Of a stretch of DNA of 64,000 bases, positions 37,169 to 47,879 are shown piece after piece; positions within the stretch are counted from its first letter, which is position 1, and each line of letters starts with the position of its first letter. The stretch is taken from sequence record NC_061421.1; one strand, given 5' to 3'. The translations under genes were made by a program, and so were the position numbers. The notes below the pieces were generated by a model. It searched no databases. It was given only the letters and a program-made list of their open reading frames with translations, and had not been told where the DNA came from.

Positions 37169-39343
37169 CTACCTATAGTAATTTGTACCCATGTATTTTT
37201 GGAACTCCGCGTGACGATTGGAGTTGATCTCTTCAATCTTCCCGGTGACGTTAATCGGCTCAGCACCTGCCTCTTCCAGACATTCGTTAAGGTAATTCAA
37301 ACGTCTTTCTAGCTTCATAGCACTGATAGGATTATCGGCAGTTTCCATTGCGGTTAAAAGTTTCTCGATCTCCCGATGGAGGAAATCAATCTCTTCTTGT
37401 TGCTCATCAATCTCATTCGCATTCCCCGCCAATACGTCCACCGCTCCGGTCAGTACCCGTCTTGAGTCTAAACCATAATAGTCTAAATTCGCCCCGTAAA
37501 TCAGTAAATAGACGGTCAGAAGATAAGCGATCACGGTGTCATCGTGACCACCTGGCGGATGGTCTATTTTACCGTTCTTTTCAATCAACCCGGTCAATTC
37601 TGCAATCAGGATTTTATCGTGTATCCGAGTAGCACCTTTCAACATTGCAATTTTCAGCACAGTTTCATAAAGCTGTCTGCGCGTGGTAGTGCCTGTACAG
37701 AAACCAAATTTGGTTTTCCGTCGAATGTAAAAGGCGTCGTCACGGCGATTCATGTCTCCTTGGATTTCCATGTAAGAAGCTGTATCTACTGACTTATTAT
37801 CAACGATCGAGTTGTAAATTCGTTTAAACGGGTCGATGCCTTTGCTGTGCAAAATCAAGCACAGGTAGTCGATGAACGTCTGTCCAGTAGATTTCCTTTC
37901 GGGGATAAAGACGGCTTTTGGATAAGAGATCAACAGATCACCTAAGAACTCAGCGTATTTAGGGATCAAAGCTTCATTGATCACTGAAACCCCGATAACG
38001 TCTGCGCTATACGGATCGAGGAAGACCAATGACAACGCATCTCGTCCCCCGCCCTCTGAGGTATCTGCCCCGATAATAAAGGTCATCGTTTTCCGGTGTT
38101 CGTCGATATATTCTTTCGGAACATACCAGTGAACGATGTAGCCGTTACGGAAAATCTCGGAGTAATCAGAATAGCGTTGGGAACCGATGGCTTTCGCCAA
38201 TAATTCTTTGTCGATCGGGTTGTTGGTCCCGGCTGCTGTCCAGATATTAAAGAAGTCTCGGTCTGCTTCTGGTCCACGTGCCATTGCGCGACGCATGTTT
38301 TCGTAGTGCTGCTCATCAGAAACACCAACCTGATTATGACTCCAGGTTCCGTTAATCAAAAGTTTAGCGTCTTTTGACTTAAGGTTGCGCTGCACCACCT
38401 CACGAAGATTAGCCTGCGAACCAGCATCGTAAAAATGGTCAGACCACCGGGCTGCTTCGTTCCACATTTTGAAGACGAAGCGTCCGTCGCGGCTGGTTTG
38501 GTCACCCGCAGTTGTGGTCATGATACTTCCCCACGGCATGTTTCTTGCTTTGGCTTTTTCGATCGCGGCGTTCATACCAGGCATCGCAGCTTTGAACGCA
38601 ATCTCGATATAGTTGATGAAGGGGGTTTCATCCCAGCCTACTGTTGGCGAGGTGTTACCGCGACCGACTTTGTTTGCACCGCCTGGGTCAGAGCGCGAAA
38701 CTGCTACTGCAAACAAATTACCACGAGTGTTGTAAGTGACCTTTTCGTTTGCGATCGTATCGGAGCGGTCAGTTACTGTTAAGTACGGCGGGAGATACTC
38801 ACGAATGCGTCGTATCATGGTGGTGGTTTCGGAACGGAGTTCGTCTGATTTAGTCACCAGTGAAATACGAGCTTTAGTGTACCGCATGTACAACAACCAC
38901 GAGTACAAGCAATAAGAGATAAGTGATTTACCGGTCTGACGGGGCTGTATCAGAAGATAATCGATGTGGTTCATGTACGACCAAATAAGCGACATATTCG
39001 CTCGGTTCGCACGTAACAGATCGCCTTCTTCACCGACGACAGGTGGGACGCGCAAACATTCTCTGAGGTAATACCAAATGTTATATTCGGCCTCTATCTT
39101 AATCGCTATCATCTGATCTTCAGTCAAATTTGGACTGAAAGGGTCAACACCAACCAGATCAGGGTTTAAAAGCGCAAGTGGCCAATGGTGATTTTTGATC
39201 CCCATTTTTTGCAATACCCCGACAAAACGGGTAAACTCTTTGTTTGGCGTATCCCAATCGGGTATAGCGCTGGGATGGTAGTCCCAGTCCTCAAGGTGGA
39301 GTATCGGCCGTGAATCATTTTCCATCGTATTGTGTATCGACAT
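37169..39343 (-). CDS. terL: terminase large subunit
   Basis: 724 aa; Walker A QPRQTGKS, Walker B VGWDE, MTTTAGD, RNase H-like nuclease IGADTSEG and HDDTVIA. Confidence 0.95.
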   Translation of the reverse strand: MSIHNTMENDSRPILHLEDWDYHPSAIPDWDTPNKEFTRFVGVLQKMGIKNHHWPLALLNPDLVGVDPFSPNLTEDQMIAIKIEAEYNIWYYLRECLRVPPVVGEEGDLLRANRANMSLIWSYMNHIDYLLIQPRQTGKSLISYCLYSWLLYMRYTKARISLVTKSDELRSETTTMIRRIREYLPPYLTVTDRSDTIANEKVTYNTRGNLFAVAVSRSDPGGANKVGRGNTSPTVGWDETPFINYIEIAFKAAMPGMNAAIEKAKARNMPWGSIMTTTAGDQTSRDGRFVFKMWNEAARWSDHFYDAGSQANLREVVQRNLKSKDAKLLINGTWSHNQVGVSDEQHYENMRRAMARGPEADRDFFNIWTAAGTNNPIDKELLAKAIGSQRYSDYSEIFRNGYIVHWYVPKEYIDEHRKTMTFIIGADTSEGGGRDALSLVFLDPYSADVIGVSVINEALIPKYAEFLGDLLISYPKAVFIPERKSTGQTFIDYLCLILHSKGIDPFKRIYNSIVDNKSVDTASYMEIQGDMNRRDDAFYIRRKTKFGFCTGTTTRRQLYETVLKIAMLKGATRIHDKILIAELTGLIEKNGKIDHPPGGHDDTVIAYLLTVYLLIYGANLDYYGLDSRRVLTGAVDVLAGNANEIDEQQEEIDFLHREIEKLLTAMETADNPISAMKLERRLNYLNECLEEAGAEPINVTGKIEEINSNRHAEFQKYMGTNYYR

Positions 39344-39389
39344 GAGGGACTCCCTCTACTGTAAATATTATCATAGAGAAAGTATAGGG

Positions 39390-39420
39390 CACAGAGAGGA
39401 GGGTTTCCCTCCTCTCTGTG
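39390..39420. terminator. hairpin between gp26-like gene and terL
   Basis: CACAGAGAGGAGG/CCTCCTCTCTGTG 13-bp stem. Confidence 0.65.
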
Positions 39421-39431
39421 TGCAAAACGAC

Positions 39432-41141
39432 TTATGATAAGGTATGACGAATAATCATCCCAGCAGTAGCCAGTTGTAGGTCTACGCCGTTCACCGTACG
39501 TACCCAGTGGAGCAATGCCAATTTCCCAACAGTACCGCCTGTCGCGATCGTGAACGTGGTATTCCACGCAGAAATCGGTTGACGGACACGAATGTTGTCT
39601 ACCTGGAGGATAAAGTGCGTAGGTACCAGCGGTTCGCTTTCGGTTTCGGTATCGTACAACGGATGTAGCCGGTAGTACAATCGATCAAGCCATTCGCTTT
39701 GCGTTTGTGCACCCATACTCATATCCGTCGACCAAACCTGAGACGAGATATACTTCAAACGGCACTCAAGTGATCCGCCGTAGTCCTCGTCACCTATTTC
39801 GAAGTTGACAAACCAAGGCGATTCGACACCGCTCTCACCGTCAGCCATTAACGTAATGTCGTTTTTCTGAACATGACGATAACTACTAAAAGAACTGGAC
39901 ACTTTTGAAATATCCAGTGCAAAGGCCATGTGTTGTTTGGTGTTATAGAGCGTCGGATCCCAGACCGCCGACCCAGGTGCCGCTTCGAGAAGATCCGTTA
40001 CTTCGTACATCGCTAAACGATCGAGGCTTTGCATGAAATGACGAAGTTTGTAACCGTTACCGTTACTCTGCCATTCTGGGAACATAAAGAGTTTCACCGA
40101 ATAAGCATTTGGGAGCGTCACTGATTCAATGGTATACGCTACGGGAATAGTGCCCGAGGCAGTGGCCGTACCCTGATAACTTTCGGTACTGTCCAGCTGA
40201 TAAAACAGTGTCAGTGGACTGGTCTGCCCAGATTGAGTCGGGATGAACTCGCTCAAACCGGAAAGATAGATTTTACTACCATCGACCGGTTTGATCACTG
40301 AACTACCGTCGGTATAAGTCACCCTTACGCTAACATCAATCGATGTCATCAACAGATTAACAGGTACGTTGAGACGGTTCGGGTCGGTGGCACTTAAATA
40401 ACTACTGACCAGTGCAACAGAATCGATAGATCGTTTTGCCGAGTTAGATTGACGAATAATTCCTGAATCTACCACGGTCATGGTAAAGCGACTCGTCGGG
40501 AGCCCTGCCGCATCGTAGAAGATAACAAGAACGATTTCGCCGTTCTCAATTTTTCTCGTCGCATTAGCCGTAACGGGAATGCGGTAGTTACCCGTCGTGT
40601 CACCCTCAATGGTCATCAACGGGATTTCGTCACTCTCCAGTTGACCAGATTGGTTGTAGTACGCGGACAACACTTCCAGGTTACCGGTAGTGGATGTGTT
40701 AGAGAACACACGAACCTTTGTCGCGGTCGGCTGATAGGCTCTCAATAAGCTGTCGAAAGCCATCTCTGGCGGAGAGACAGTGTTATCAACGTAAACAAAG
40801 AACCCAGGTTGCGGGTAACGACTCCCGACCCCTAAAAGAATATCGATGGAGTTATCGATAGTCGTAGGGACGTTGTACGCGATCCAGGTCGATAACAGTG
40901 TTGACGTATCCACTTCAGTAACGATATAAAACCCAGAATTTTTATCGAAGATACGATCCCCTACTTTAGGGACGAATCGTCCGATGTTCCCCGAACCTAT
41001 TCCGGCGGGACCGACATAAATTTCAGAGCGCGCCCACTCTTTGTACAACCCGTTCGGGTTCCAGATAGGTACATCAGCTGGCGTATCGTCCGTTAACACC
41101 AGCGCGTATTGTACTCCACTTGTAGTGGTCGATGTGGCCAT
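39432..41141 (-). CDS. virion structural protein, probable baseplate component (phiKZ gp26-like)
   Basis: 569 aa, beta-rich; terL-gp26-gp27-gp28-sheath-tube synteny. Confidence 0.75.
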   Translation of the reverse strand: MATSTTTSGVQYALVLTDDTPADVPIWNPNGLYKEWARSEIYVGPAGIGSGNIGRFVPKVGDRIFDKNSGFYIVTEVDTSTLLSTWIAYNVPTTIDNSIDILLGVGSRYPQPGFFVYVDNTVSPPEMAFDSLLRAYQPTATKVRVFSNTSTTGNLEVLSAYYNQSGQLESDEIPLMTIEGDTTGNYRIPVTANATRKIENGEIVLVIFYDAAGLPTSRFTMTVVDSGIIRQSNSAKRSIDSVALVSSYLSATDPNRLNVPVNLLMTSIDVSVRVTYTDGSSVIKPVDGSKIYLSGLSEFIPTQSGQTSPLTLFYQLDSTESYQGTATASGTIPVAYTIESVTLPNAYSVKLFMFPEWQSNGNGYKLRHFMQSLDRLAMYEVTDLLEAAPGSAVWDPTLYNTKQHMAFALDISKVSSSFSSYRHVQKNDITLMADGESGVESPWFVNFEIGDEDYGGSLECRLKYISSQVWSTDMSMGAQTQSEWLDRLYYRLHPLYDTETESEPLVPTHFILQVDNIRVRQPISAWNTTFTIATGGTVGKLALLHWVRTVNGVDLQLATAGMIIRHTLS

Positions 41142-41142
41142 G

Positions 41143-43701
41143 TCACGATTCCTTTATAAAGAAATAATCGTTAAGAGCAAGACGATTATTGAGATAGTAA
41201 AGATTGATGTTCTGTAAGAACTGCCAACGTTTCGTCGTGATTCCGACAGCGGATGAAAACGGGTGCGCATCGATGAAGATATAATTTGTGTTCCAGGTAC
41301 TCCTGCACGGGTCGATGTCTAAATACGCAGTGTACTTAGCCATGATCTTATCCAGAGCGACCTTATCGTTAACACTTAGAGGCTCACTGATCGTCCCGTT
41401 TTCAAGATCAAAGAGTAAACGGGTAATGACAACAGAGAACATTCTGTATCGTTCATTGATCGGGTTCGGTCCCGTTAATTCTTTCTCCGGGAATTTCAAC
41501 GTCATGTAATCATTAACGCGCTTATCGGACTCCGTGCCCATTTCAATCAGTTCCGCGTTGGCATTACTGGAAATACCATAAAGCGGGACATAAACCATTT
41601 CTTCAGAATAAGCCAGTCCATTAGGGAGTAACGGAATTTGTTTTTCATCCGCATCTTCGATGAACGGGACCGTACTGGGGTCTACTAATTTCCCATCGAT
41701 GACAGTCCGAATAACTTTGTCGTCTCGTACATCAAAACGCCCGTTAACACTGACATAACCGTGGTCAACAAATCCAATGCTTTTCGGAGGAGAATGGGTG
41801 ACAGTGGGCGTTTCCCAACCTAAACCAGCAAACGTGAATTTTTGCATCGAGCCGAGCGATTCGTCGTAATAACGATTAGTGATCAAAGTACCCTGATTAC
41901 CAGAAAGAATAAAATCAAGTCCTTCAATCAACGGATGACCGTTCATCCAAACACGTAATTGACGTGGTCGAATAGGTAGTACAGTTCCTGCGGTTTTACT
42001 GTAGGTCAAGGTGAAACGATAAATACCGTCCGAGCTGTCCACTAACTGATCGTAAACCAACGCATCCTTACTAGTGAGAATTAATCCCATGTTTCGTGCT
42101 TTAACGTGAATCCAGGTCACAACGTTATTCAGGACAGTATAGTGCGTTCCTTCGACAGCAGGCACCCATTCACCGGTTAAGACACCATTGTTAATAGGGC
42201 AGGTGAAGAAGTAGTATTGATACTTATCGTCCAATGTGGCGTTATCATTGCTCGGTGACCAAGTAATGGCTTTCGTCCCCCAACCAATAATCCCTTCCAC
42301 CAACGCCGCCGCTTCATCTTTCACGAAATACCGCTCTGCATAACCGTGTTTATGCCACCCCAGTAAAAGGCCGTTCTCGTCGTACTCAAAAAGCGTTGAG
42401 CAAAGCGACAGACCAAAAGGAACGTCGACGTAACCGCCGTTAGAGGAGGGAGTAACTTTCGTCGGGTTTAATGCAAACAGCGTAGCCAACGCATTGTAAC
42501 CGTACGCATTGATTACGTCGGTCGCTGTGAAGCTCGCCCAGAAGTTTCTCATGATGGCGGTATAAAGTGAATTTTCAAGATTTTCAACACGCCATTCTGT
42601 CAGCGTGGAATCAATCCCGATCATCGCCCTTAAAATGTCGGTATCACTTAAGCGGTAAAGGGTTTCGATTCGGTTGACTTCGTGAATCAACGGACGATTG
42701 TAACCGGACTCCCTCAGGTGTAGACGAATATAACAGTTTTCATACGACGTCCAGCCGTCATTGATGTAAGCAGAGACGTAACCGGTGGGAATACTGTAAT
42801 CGGCATGTGTGACGTTCCGTAAGCTGTTTTCTTTATTACGGTGGTAATAACGTCCGCTCAATGCGCTGGCACTGTCGACTTTGTAAAGGTAAAGATCGAT
42901 GTCGTCAACGTAATAAATTTCGTTGTCGTGGGTATTTTTACTCGGGTGCAGTAAATATTTCTTCAGATTATCCAGTGTTGACGTATAATCGTATAACGAT
43001 GAGATTTTAAAATCAACCACATGACTAACCGCAGAGTCGTAGAACGCCTCGATAAGATCCCCAATGGCAATGTCCGTGGATTTGATCTCAGGTTTCCAAA
43101 CCCCATTGTGAAAGATGTTCACAACGCCCGTTAACGCCTGCAGCGGCCGCAGTGCTGTAATAAACGTCGCAATATCGCTTTGACGGACGATTTCTCGTCC
43201 GAGATAAGCAATCTTTTTCCCGATATTGTTACTGCGATCCGAACGGAAAAAAGCGTTGTTGTAAATACGAAGATAAACTTTTTCTTTCGCCAGTTCCCAG
43301 CGTGTAGAATAGTCTTTGATCGCGATAATTAAATTGTCGTCGTAGGTCCGAAGAACGTAACTCGAAAACAAAGGGAGTTTGATCCCCGTTTCCAAATAGA
43401 GGTCAACAACTAAATCGTTGACCTCAGCGTAAGGCCCTAACGCCATCCATACCCCGCGTTTATCGGGAAGTCCTGTACGCCATCTGCTGTTATTCCCGAT
43501 CTGATAAAGATGGTAGACGTCGGTTTCTGTGGGTAACGGGGTGTCAACCCAAAGAATGGAATGAGAGACCTTTACCCCGCTGTCTTTCGTGATTCGTGTT
43601 AAGTCCAGGATTACTTGCCGATCTTGAATAGGCGCGCACCAGAGATTTGTACGTGCATGATCGAGAAGGAAACTTTCAGTAACTGAATTCATTACACGCA
43701 C
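41143..43701 (-). CDS. large virion structural protein (phiKZ gp27-like)
   Basis: 852 aa; HARTNLWCAPIQDRQ N-terminus; synteny. Confidence 0.75.
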   Translation of the reverse strand: MRVMNSVTESFLLDHARTNLWCAPIQDRQVILDLTRITKDSGVKVSHSILWVDTPLPTETDVYHLYQIGNNSRWRTGLPDKRGVWMALGPYAEVNDLVVDLYLETGIKLPLFSSYVLRTYDDNLIIAIKDYSTRWELAKEKVYLRIYNNAFFRSDRSNNIGKKIAYLGREIVRQSDIATFITALRPLQALTGVVNIFHNGVWKPEIKSTDIAIGDLIEAFYDSAVSHVVDFKISSLYDYTSTLDNLKKYLLHPSKNTHDNEIYYVDDIDLYLYKVDSASALSGRYYHRNKENSLRNVTHADYSIPTGYVSAYINDGWTSYENCYIRLHLRESGYNRPLIHEVNRIETLYRLSDTDILRAMIGIDSTLTEWRVENLENSLYTAIMRNFWASFTATDVINAYGYNALATLFALNPTKVTPSSNGGYVDVPFGLSLCSTLFEYDENGLLLGWHKHGYAERYFVKDEAAALVEGIIGWGTKAITWSPSNDNATLDDKYQYYFFTCPINNGVLTGEWVPAVEGTHYTVLNNVVTWIHVKARNMGLILTSKDALVYDQLVDSSDGIYRFTLTYSKTAGTVLPIRPRQLRVWMNGHPLIEGLDFILSGNQGTLITNRYYDESLGSMQKFTFAGLGWETPTVTHSPPKSIGFVDHGYVSVNGRFDVRDDKVIRTVIDGKLVDPSTVPFIEDADEKQIPLLPNGLAYSEEMVYVPLYGISSNANAELIEMGTESDKRVNDYMTLKFPEKELTGPNPINERYRMFSVVITRLLFDLENGTISEPLSVNDKVALDKIMAKYTAYLDIDPCRSTWNTNYIFIDAHPFSSAVGITTKRWQFLQNINLYYLNNRLALNDYFFIKES

Positions 43702-43709
43702 CTTTTCGT

Positions 43710-44648
43710 TTAATAAGATTTCTCTTGATGATTAGCCGTCATGGCGATGAGGTCATTGACGCGTCCAATAAACTCGTCGCTCTTCAACCCGCGTCCTTCG
43801 CGGTCAATCAATTGGGTCAGCCACGCTTTACGGTATTGTTTTTCCCCTGCGCAGGAAGAATAGATCATCGCGATGAACATCGGCGGGTATTCCAAAGCAA
43901 CAGCAAGCCATTCACGGACTTCTGAACTACCAAACCAGCTAGTCGAAGTCAGCGTCCAAAGAATGCGTTTGTCCATTCGTTTCAAGGACAAACTCTCGCC
44001 AAATTCCGCCAACGCTTTGCAATAATCGTCCAAGTTGGCCATGTAACCGACCGGGCGCAGCCAGACATCCAGTTTTTGAAAAGGAATGTTCAAAATACGA
44101 CTGATCTTGATACAGAAGACTTCGTGACGACGTTCGTTGAAATCCGCCTCTGCGCAATGCAGACAGTAATAGTAGTAGGCAGTGATAGCCTTTACTTTTT
44201 CACTGGTCATTTCGTTGAGGTTGAGTTTATTCTTTAATAAACCGGTCAACCACTTGGCGAAAATCGCCAGCGGTACATCGATATTGAAATAGAACGCATC
44301 AGTGTTTCCTTCGGCCCAGGCCATTTCTAACACTGCTCTGCGAAAAACAATCCCCGCTGAACCTTCATTATTAAAGTCAACAGACCCATCGCTGTTGAGA
44401 GTGAGCACATTACGGTAAGGACGTAAATCAATGTATGTATAAGGAACACCTTGAACATCCTGCGCAAACGGATGACGAAAAATAGGGATACTCTCTAACT
44501 GCGGACTCTTTTCAATGGCGGCCAGCAACCCTTTAAAACGGTTAACTGGGGTCAGCGCTCCCTCGGCTTTTGCGATCAAAAGTTTCCCCGGTAAGCTACT
44601 TGGGAAAACAGAACTACCCGCTGAAGTTTCGAAACTGTGTTTAAACAT
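43710..44648 (-). CDS. virion-associated protein (phiKZ gp28-like)
   Basis: 312 aa; ALEYPPMFIAMIY; synteny. Confidence 0.7.
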   Translation of the reverse strand: MFKHSFETSAGSSVFPSSLPGKLLIAKAEGALTPVNRFKGLLAAIEKSPQLESIPIFRHPFAQDVQGVPYTYIDLRPYRNVLTLNSDGSVDFNNEGSAGIVFRRAVLEMAWAEGNTDAFYFNIDVPLAIFAKWLTGLLKNKLNLNEMTSEKVKAITAYYYYCLHCAEADFNERRHEVFCIKISRILNIPFQKLDVWLRPVGYMANLDDYCKALAEFGESLSLKRMDKRILWTLTSTSWFGSSEVREWLAVALEYPPMFIAMIYSSCAGEKQYRKAWLTQLIDREGRGLKSDEFIGRVNDLIAMTANHQEKSY

Positions 44649-44811
44649 TACTTAATTCTCCAATTATGGCCATACCCTACAGAATGTTAATATGACGACT
44701 TACCCTATTTACCCGTAAACTATGGTTTACAAATCCCCAAGCTTGGGACTAGCGTCACTATGACTGTACATAATTTATGCGGTACCTACTCTTTTTAAGA
44801 GGCAAAAAGAC

Positions 44812-46881
44812 ATGTCTGAACAAATCACGGGATCAACACCCAGAATTTATTACCGTGGTACGAAGGATAGTTCAGTAACTCGTTCTACGGGTTCGACGAC
44901 TACCCTTCCGCTCCATCGGCCCTTAATCATGTTCTTCGGCCAAAAAGGCCCGACCGTTCCGACATGGATCGATCCGGTGAAATTCGAAGACATCTACGGC
45001 AGCGAAACCACCAATCTGTCCGGTGTTTACTGCACCCACTCCACCCCTTTCATCAAAGAAGCGATTGCAGCTGGTAATCAGTTCATGGCACTGCGTCTGG
45101 AACCGTCCGATATTCCAGATGTAGCAACCCTTGGACTTTCTGTTGATTGGGTAAAGACCAAGATTGACGACTACGAACGCAACGACGACGGTACTTATAA
45201 GCTGGATACTAACGGCGATAAAATTCCGCTCGCCACGCAAATTGACGGGATAAAATTCCGGTTCGTTCTCGAGAAAATCGAAACCAACGAATCCGGTGTG
45301 AGCCAGTATAAAAAACGTACGGCTAAAGCCGGGACCATCGGTACCGAAGCGACGCCGTCAACGATTACTCCGCTGGCCGATTTCCGTTGCCGTTTCAAAT
45401 CGTCGCTGGGCGCTAACACTGCGCTGCGAATCTGGGCACCTACGATTAACTCCGCGCAGGCTGCTGACGCCGATTTACAGGCTCGTATCAAATCCTTCCT
45501 GTATCGCTTCCAGATTCTGACCCGCGCAGATAAAGCAAGCTCACCGACGATTTTTGAGACCATCTATAATGAACCATCATTATCGGTCGGTTTCGGGGAA
45601 AATCTGGTTGATCCACAGACCGAAGTGGTCTACGACTTCGTTGAACGAATCGACAGTCGCTATAACGATGAAGACCCGTCCACTTACCTGATGTCGCCGC
45701 TGGATACGCCGTATCTGTATCAAGCCAACATCGATAGCGTTCTGACCGCCATCCAGGAACTGGAAGCGCCGTTCGACACAGTTTCTGCCGACGAAGATGA
45801 TCTGTATCAGATTAACCTCTTCGGGGCTCAAACCGTAGAAGGCGTCCCGTACCATGCGGTGCAAATCCTGGGTGTACTCGATGGTGGCGTTACGCTGACC
45901 GAAACGGCGACCAATTACCTCCAGGGTGGCGGTGACGGTACACTGGGTAACGACAGCTTTAACGCTGCAGCGTATGCGGTACTGTCGAATCTGAGCAATA
46001 ACGCGGCGTTCAATATCACCAACTATGCGCGTTATCCGTTCAACGCATTTTGGGATTCCGGTTTCGACCTGAAAACCAAACAAACTATTCCGCAGCTGAT
46101 CGGTTTGCGTGCAGACACCTGGATCGCGCTGTCCACGCAGGATATTTCGTCGGACTTTAACTCCAACGAAGAAGAAGAGTCTATTGCGCTCTCCTTGATG
46201 TCTCGCGTCTCTGCGTTCCCGGACTCCTCTGACTTTGGTACCCCGGCATTCCGCGGTATGATTGTCGGTGGTGCAGGGTACTACACCGAAACCACCCGTA
46301 AGCTGCCGGTACCGTTGACACTGGACCGTTTCCGTGCCTACTGTCGTTATGCAGGCGCATCTGACGGAGTGCTCAAACCTGAATACGCTGTCGACGAAGG
46401 TGATGCACGTAAGGTCCAAGTTGTGAAAAGTATCAATAACCTGGATAAATCGTGGCGTGTCCGTCGCGCGCAATGGAATAACAACCTGGTCTATGTGGAA
46501 GACTACGACACCAACTCCCAGTTCTATCCGGGACAACAGTCGTTCTACTCCGAACAAGGTTCTGTTCTCAAAGCAGCAATTGTCGGTTTGTGCGTAGCCA
46601 ACCTGAACCGTTTCGCGTTTGAAGCATGGCGTGATCTCACCGGTACTCAGAAACTGACCGACGACCAACTGATCGAACGGTCTGATGACGCTGTGAGTAC
46701 TCGCGGTACGGGCGCGTTTGACGATCGCCTGATCTTTACCCCGCATTCTGAAATCACTCAGGCGGATAAAGAGCGCGGTTACAGCTGGTCTATGCGTATT
46801 GACTTCGGTGCTAACGCATTCCGCACCGTGATGGATATGTCTTCTGTCGCATACACCAGAGAGGAATTAGCAAATGGCTAA
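44812..46881 (+). CDS. tail sheath protein
   Basis: 689 aa; divergent from the baseplate genes; GSTPRIYYRGTKD, YPFNAFWDSGF; high-expression codon bias; followed by tube-sized gene. Confidence 0.85.
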   Translation: MSEQITGSTPRIYYRGTKDSSVTRSTGSTTTLPLHRPLIMFFGQKGPTVPTWIDPVKFEDIYGSETTNLSGVYCTHSTPFIKEAIAAGNQFMALRLEPSDIPDVATLGLSVDWVKTKIDDYERNDDGTYKLDTNGDKIPLATQIDGIKFRFVLEKIETNESGVSQYKKRTAKAGTIGTEATPSTITPLADFRCRFKSSLGANTALRIWAPTINSAQAADADLQARIKSFLYRFQILTRADKASSPTIFETIYNEPSLSVGFGENLVDPQTEVVYDFVERIDSRYNDEDPSTYLMSPLDTPYLYQANIDSVLTAIQELEAPFDTVSADEDDLYQINLFGAQTVEGVPYHAVQILGVLDGGVTLTETATNYLQGGGDGTLGNDSFNAAAYAVLSNLSNNAAFNITNYARYPFNAFWDSGFDLKTKQTIPQLIGLRADTWIALSTQDISSDFNSNEEEESIALSLMSRVSAFPDSSDFGTPAFRGMIVGGAGYYTETTRKLPVPLTLDRFRAYCRYAGASDGVLKPEYAVDEGDARKVQVVKSINNLDKSWRVRRAQWNNNLVYVEDYDTNSQFYPGQQSFYSEQGSVLKAAIVGLCVANLNRFAFEAWRDLTGTQKLTDDQLIERSDDAVSTRGTGAFDDRLIFTPHSEITQADKERGYSWSMRIDFGANAFRTVMDMSSVAYTREELANG

Positions 46882-47749
46882 GAAAGATCCTAACACGATC
46901 ATGAGTGCTAATAGTTCGTACGCTAACGGGGCCAATGGTTCCGTTACTAACCTGGAGATCCCAGCAGCGTTCGGCTATACGCCTGATTTTCGTTACTACC
47001 ATGCTGCGGCCGATTATACACGTCGCCCAACAATCGCGTTCCTGATGGAACTCCCCAACTGTTTCAAAGACACCGATGATGCAGCGAAATGGGGCGGTTC
47101 CCTGAAAGCGTTAATCGAGATGCATTCTCGTACAATCGATGGCCTCGACTATACGTTGGAAGTGGAACACGTTGAAACGCCATTCGGTGGCGGCGGCGAA
47201 ATGATGCAGACCTTGTCTAAGGTTCGTCGTGCTCGCTCGGTCCCGGTGTTTACCTGGGTGGAAAAAATCGGGATGCCGGTTTCCCGCTTCTGGAACAACT
47301 ATATCCTCTACTTCATGGGTGAACCTAACTCTAACGTAGCGGGTATTATCGGTAAAGGTGGAATCACTCCGGCCGCAACTTATCCGGATTATAACACTTT
47401 CTCCGTACTCTTCGTTGAACCGGATCCTACCGAACGTTACGCACTGCGTTCTACGTTGATCACCAACATGCAACCGACCGGACAAGGTCCGGAAATGCGC
47501 ATGTCGAAAGACCAGACTTCTTCGCCAGAACAGCTTCAGATCTCTCAGACCTTTACGGGTCTTCAGATGGTCGGTCGCGGTGTTGACAAACTGGGCCAGA
47601 TGATGCTCGATCGCGCATCACAAACCGGTATTGACCTGAATGCTCAACCGGCATTCCTCTCAGACCGTGAAGCCGACGTCGCTGCACGTACTGACGGTTA
47701 TATCGATCAGCTTGTCTCTTCGTTATCCAAACCGGGCGTGGCAATCTAA
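46874..47749 (+). CDS. tail tube protein
   Basis: 291 aa, overlaps sheath stop; size and synteny match phiKZ gp30. Confidence 0.8.
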   Translation: MAKKDPNTIMSANSSYANGANGSVTNLEIPAAFGYTPDFRYYHAAADYTRRPTIAFLMELPNCFKDTDDAAKWGGSLKALIEMHSRTIDGLDYTLEVEHVETPFGGGGEMMQTLSKVRRARSVPVFTWVEKIGMPVSRFWNNYILYFMGEPNSNVAGIIGKGGITPAATYPDYNTFSVLFVEPDPTERYALRSTLITNMQPTGQGPEMRMSKDQTSSPEQLQISQTFTGLQMVGRGVDKLGQMMLDRASQTGIDLNAQPAFLSDREADVAARTDGYIDQLVSSLSKPGVAI

Positions 47750-47760
47750 TAAGACATACT

Positions 47761-47788
47761 CCTCAGAGAACCTTCGGGTTCTCTGAGG
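47761..47788 (+). terminator. terminator of the sheath-tube operon
   Basis: CCTCAGAGAACC-TTCG-GGTTCTCTGAGG followed by TTTATTTT. Confidence 0.85.
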
Positions 47789-47879
47789 TTTATTTTGCTG
47801 AGATAAAACATTTGACTAAATGACCAAATAAGGGTATTCTTGAAGCGGTAAATATGACTCGTTAATTAAGAGGTGAATT

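Noticed and set aside
37169-39343. Intein or intron in terL, the polymerase or RNAP genes
   Set aside because: Lengths fit intact proteins; no C/S...HN splice motifs, LAGLIDADG or HNH inserts seen.
44923-47485. Minus-strand ORFs (up to 388 aa) opposite sheath and tube
   Set aside because: Same codon-bias mirror effect; fully overlap established structural genes.
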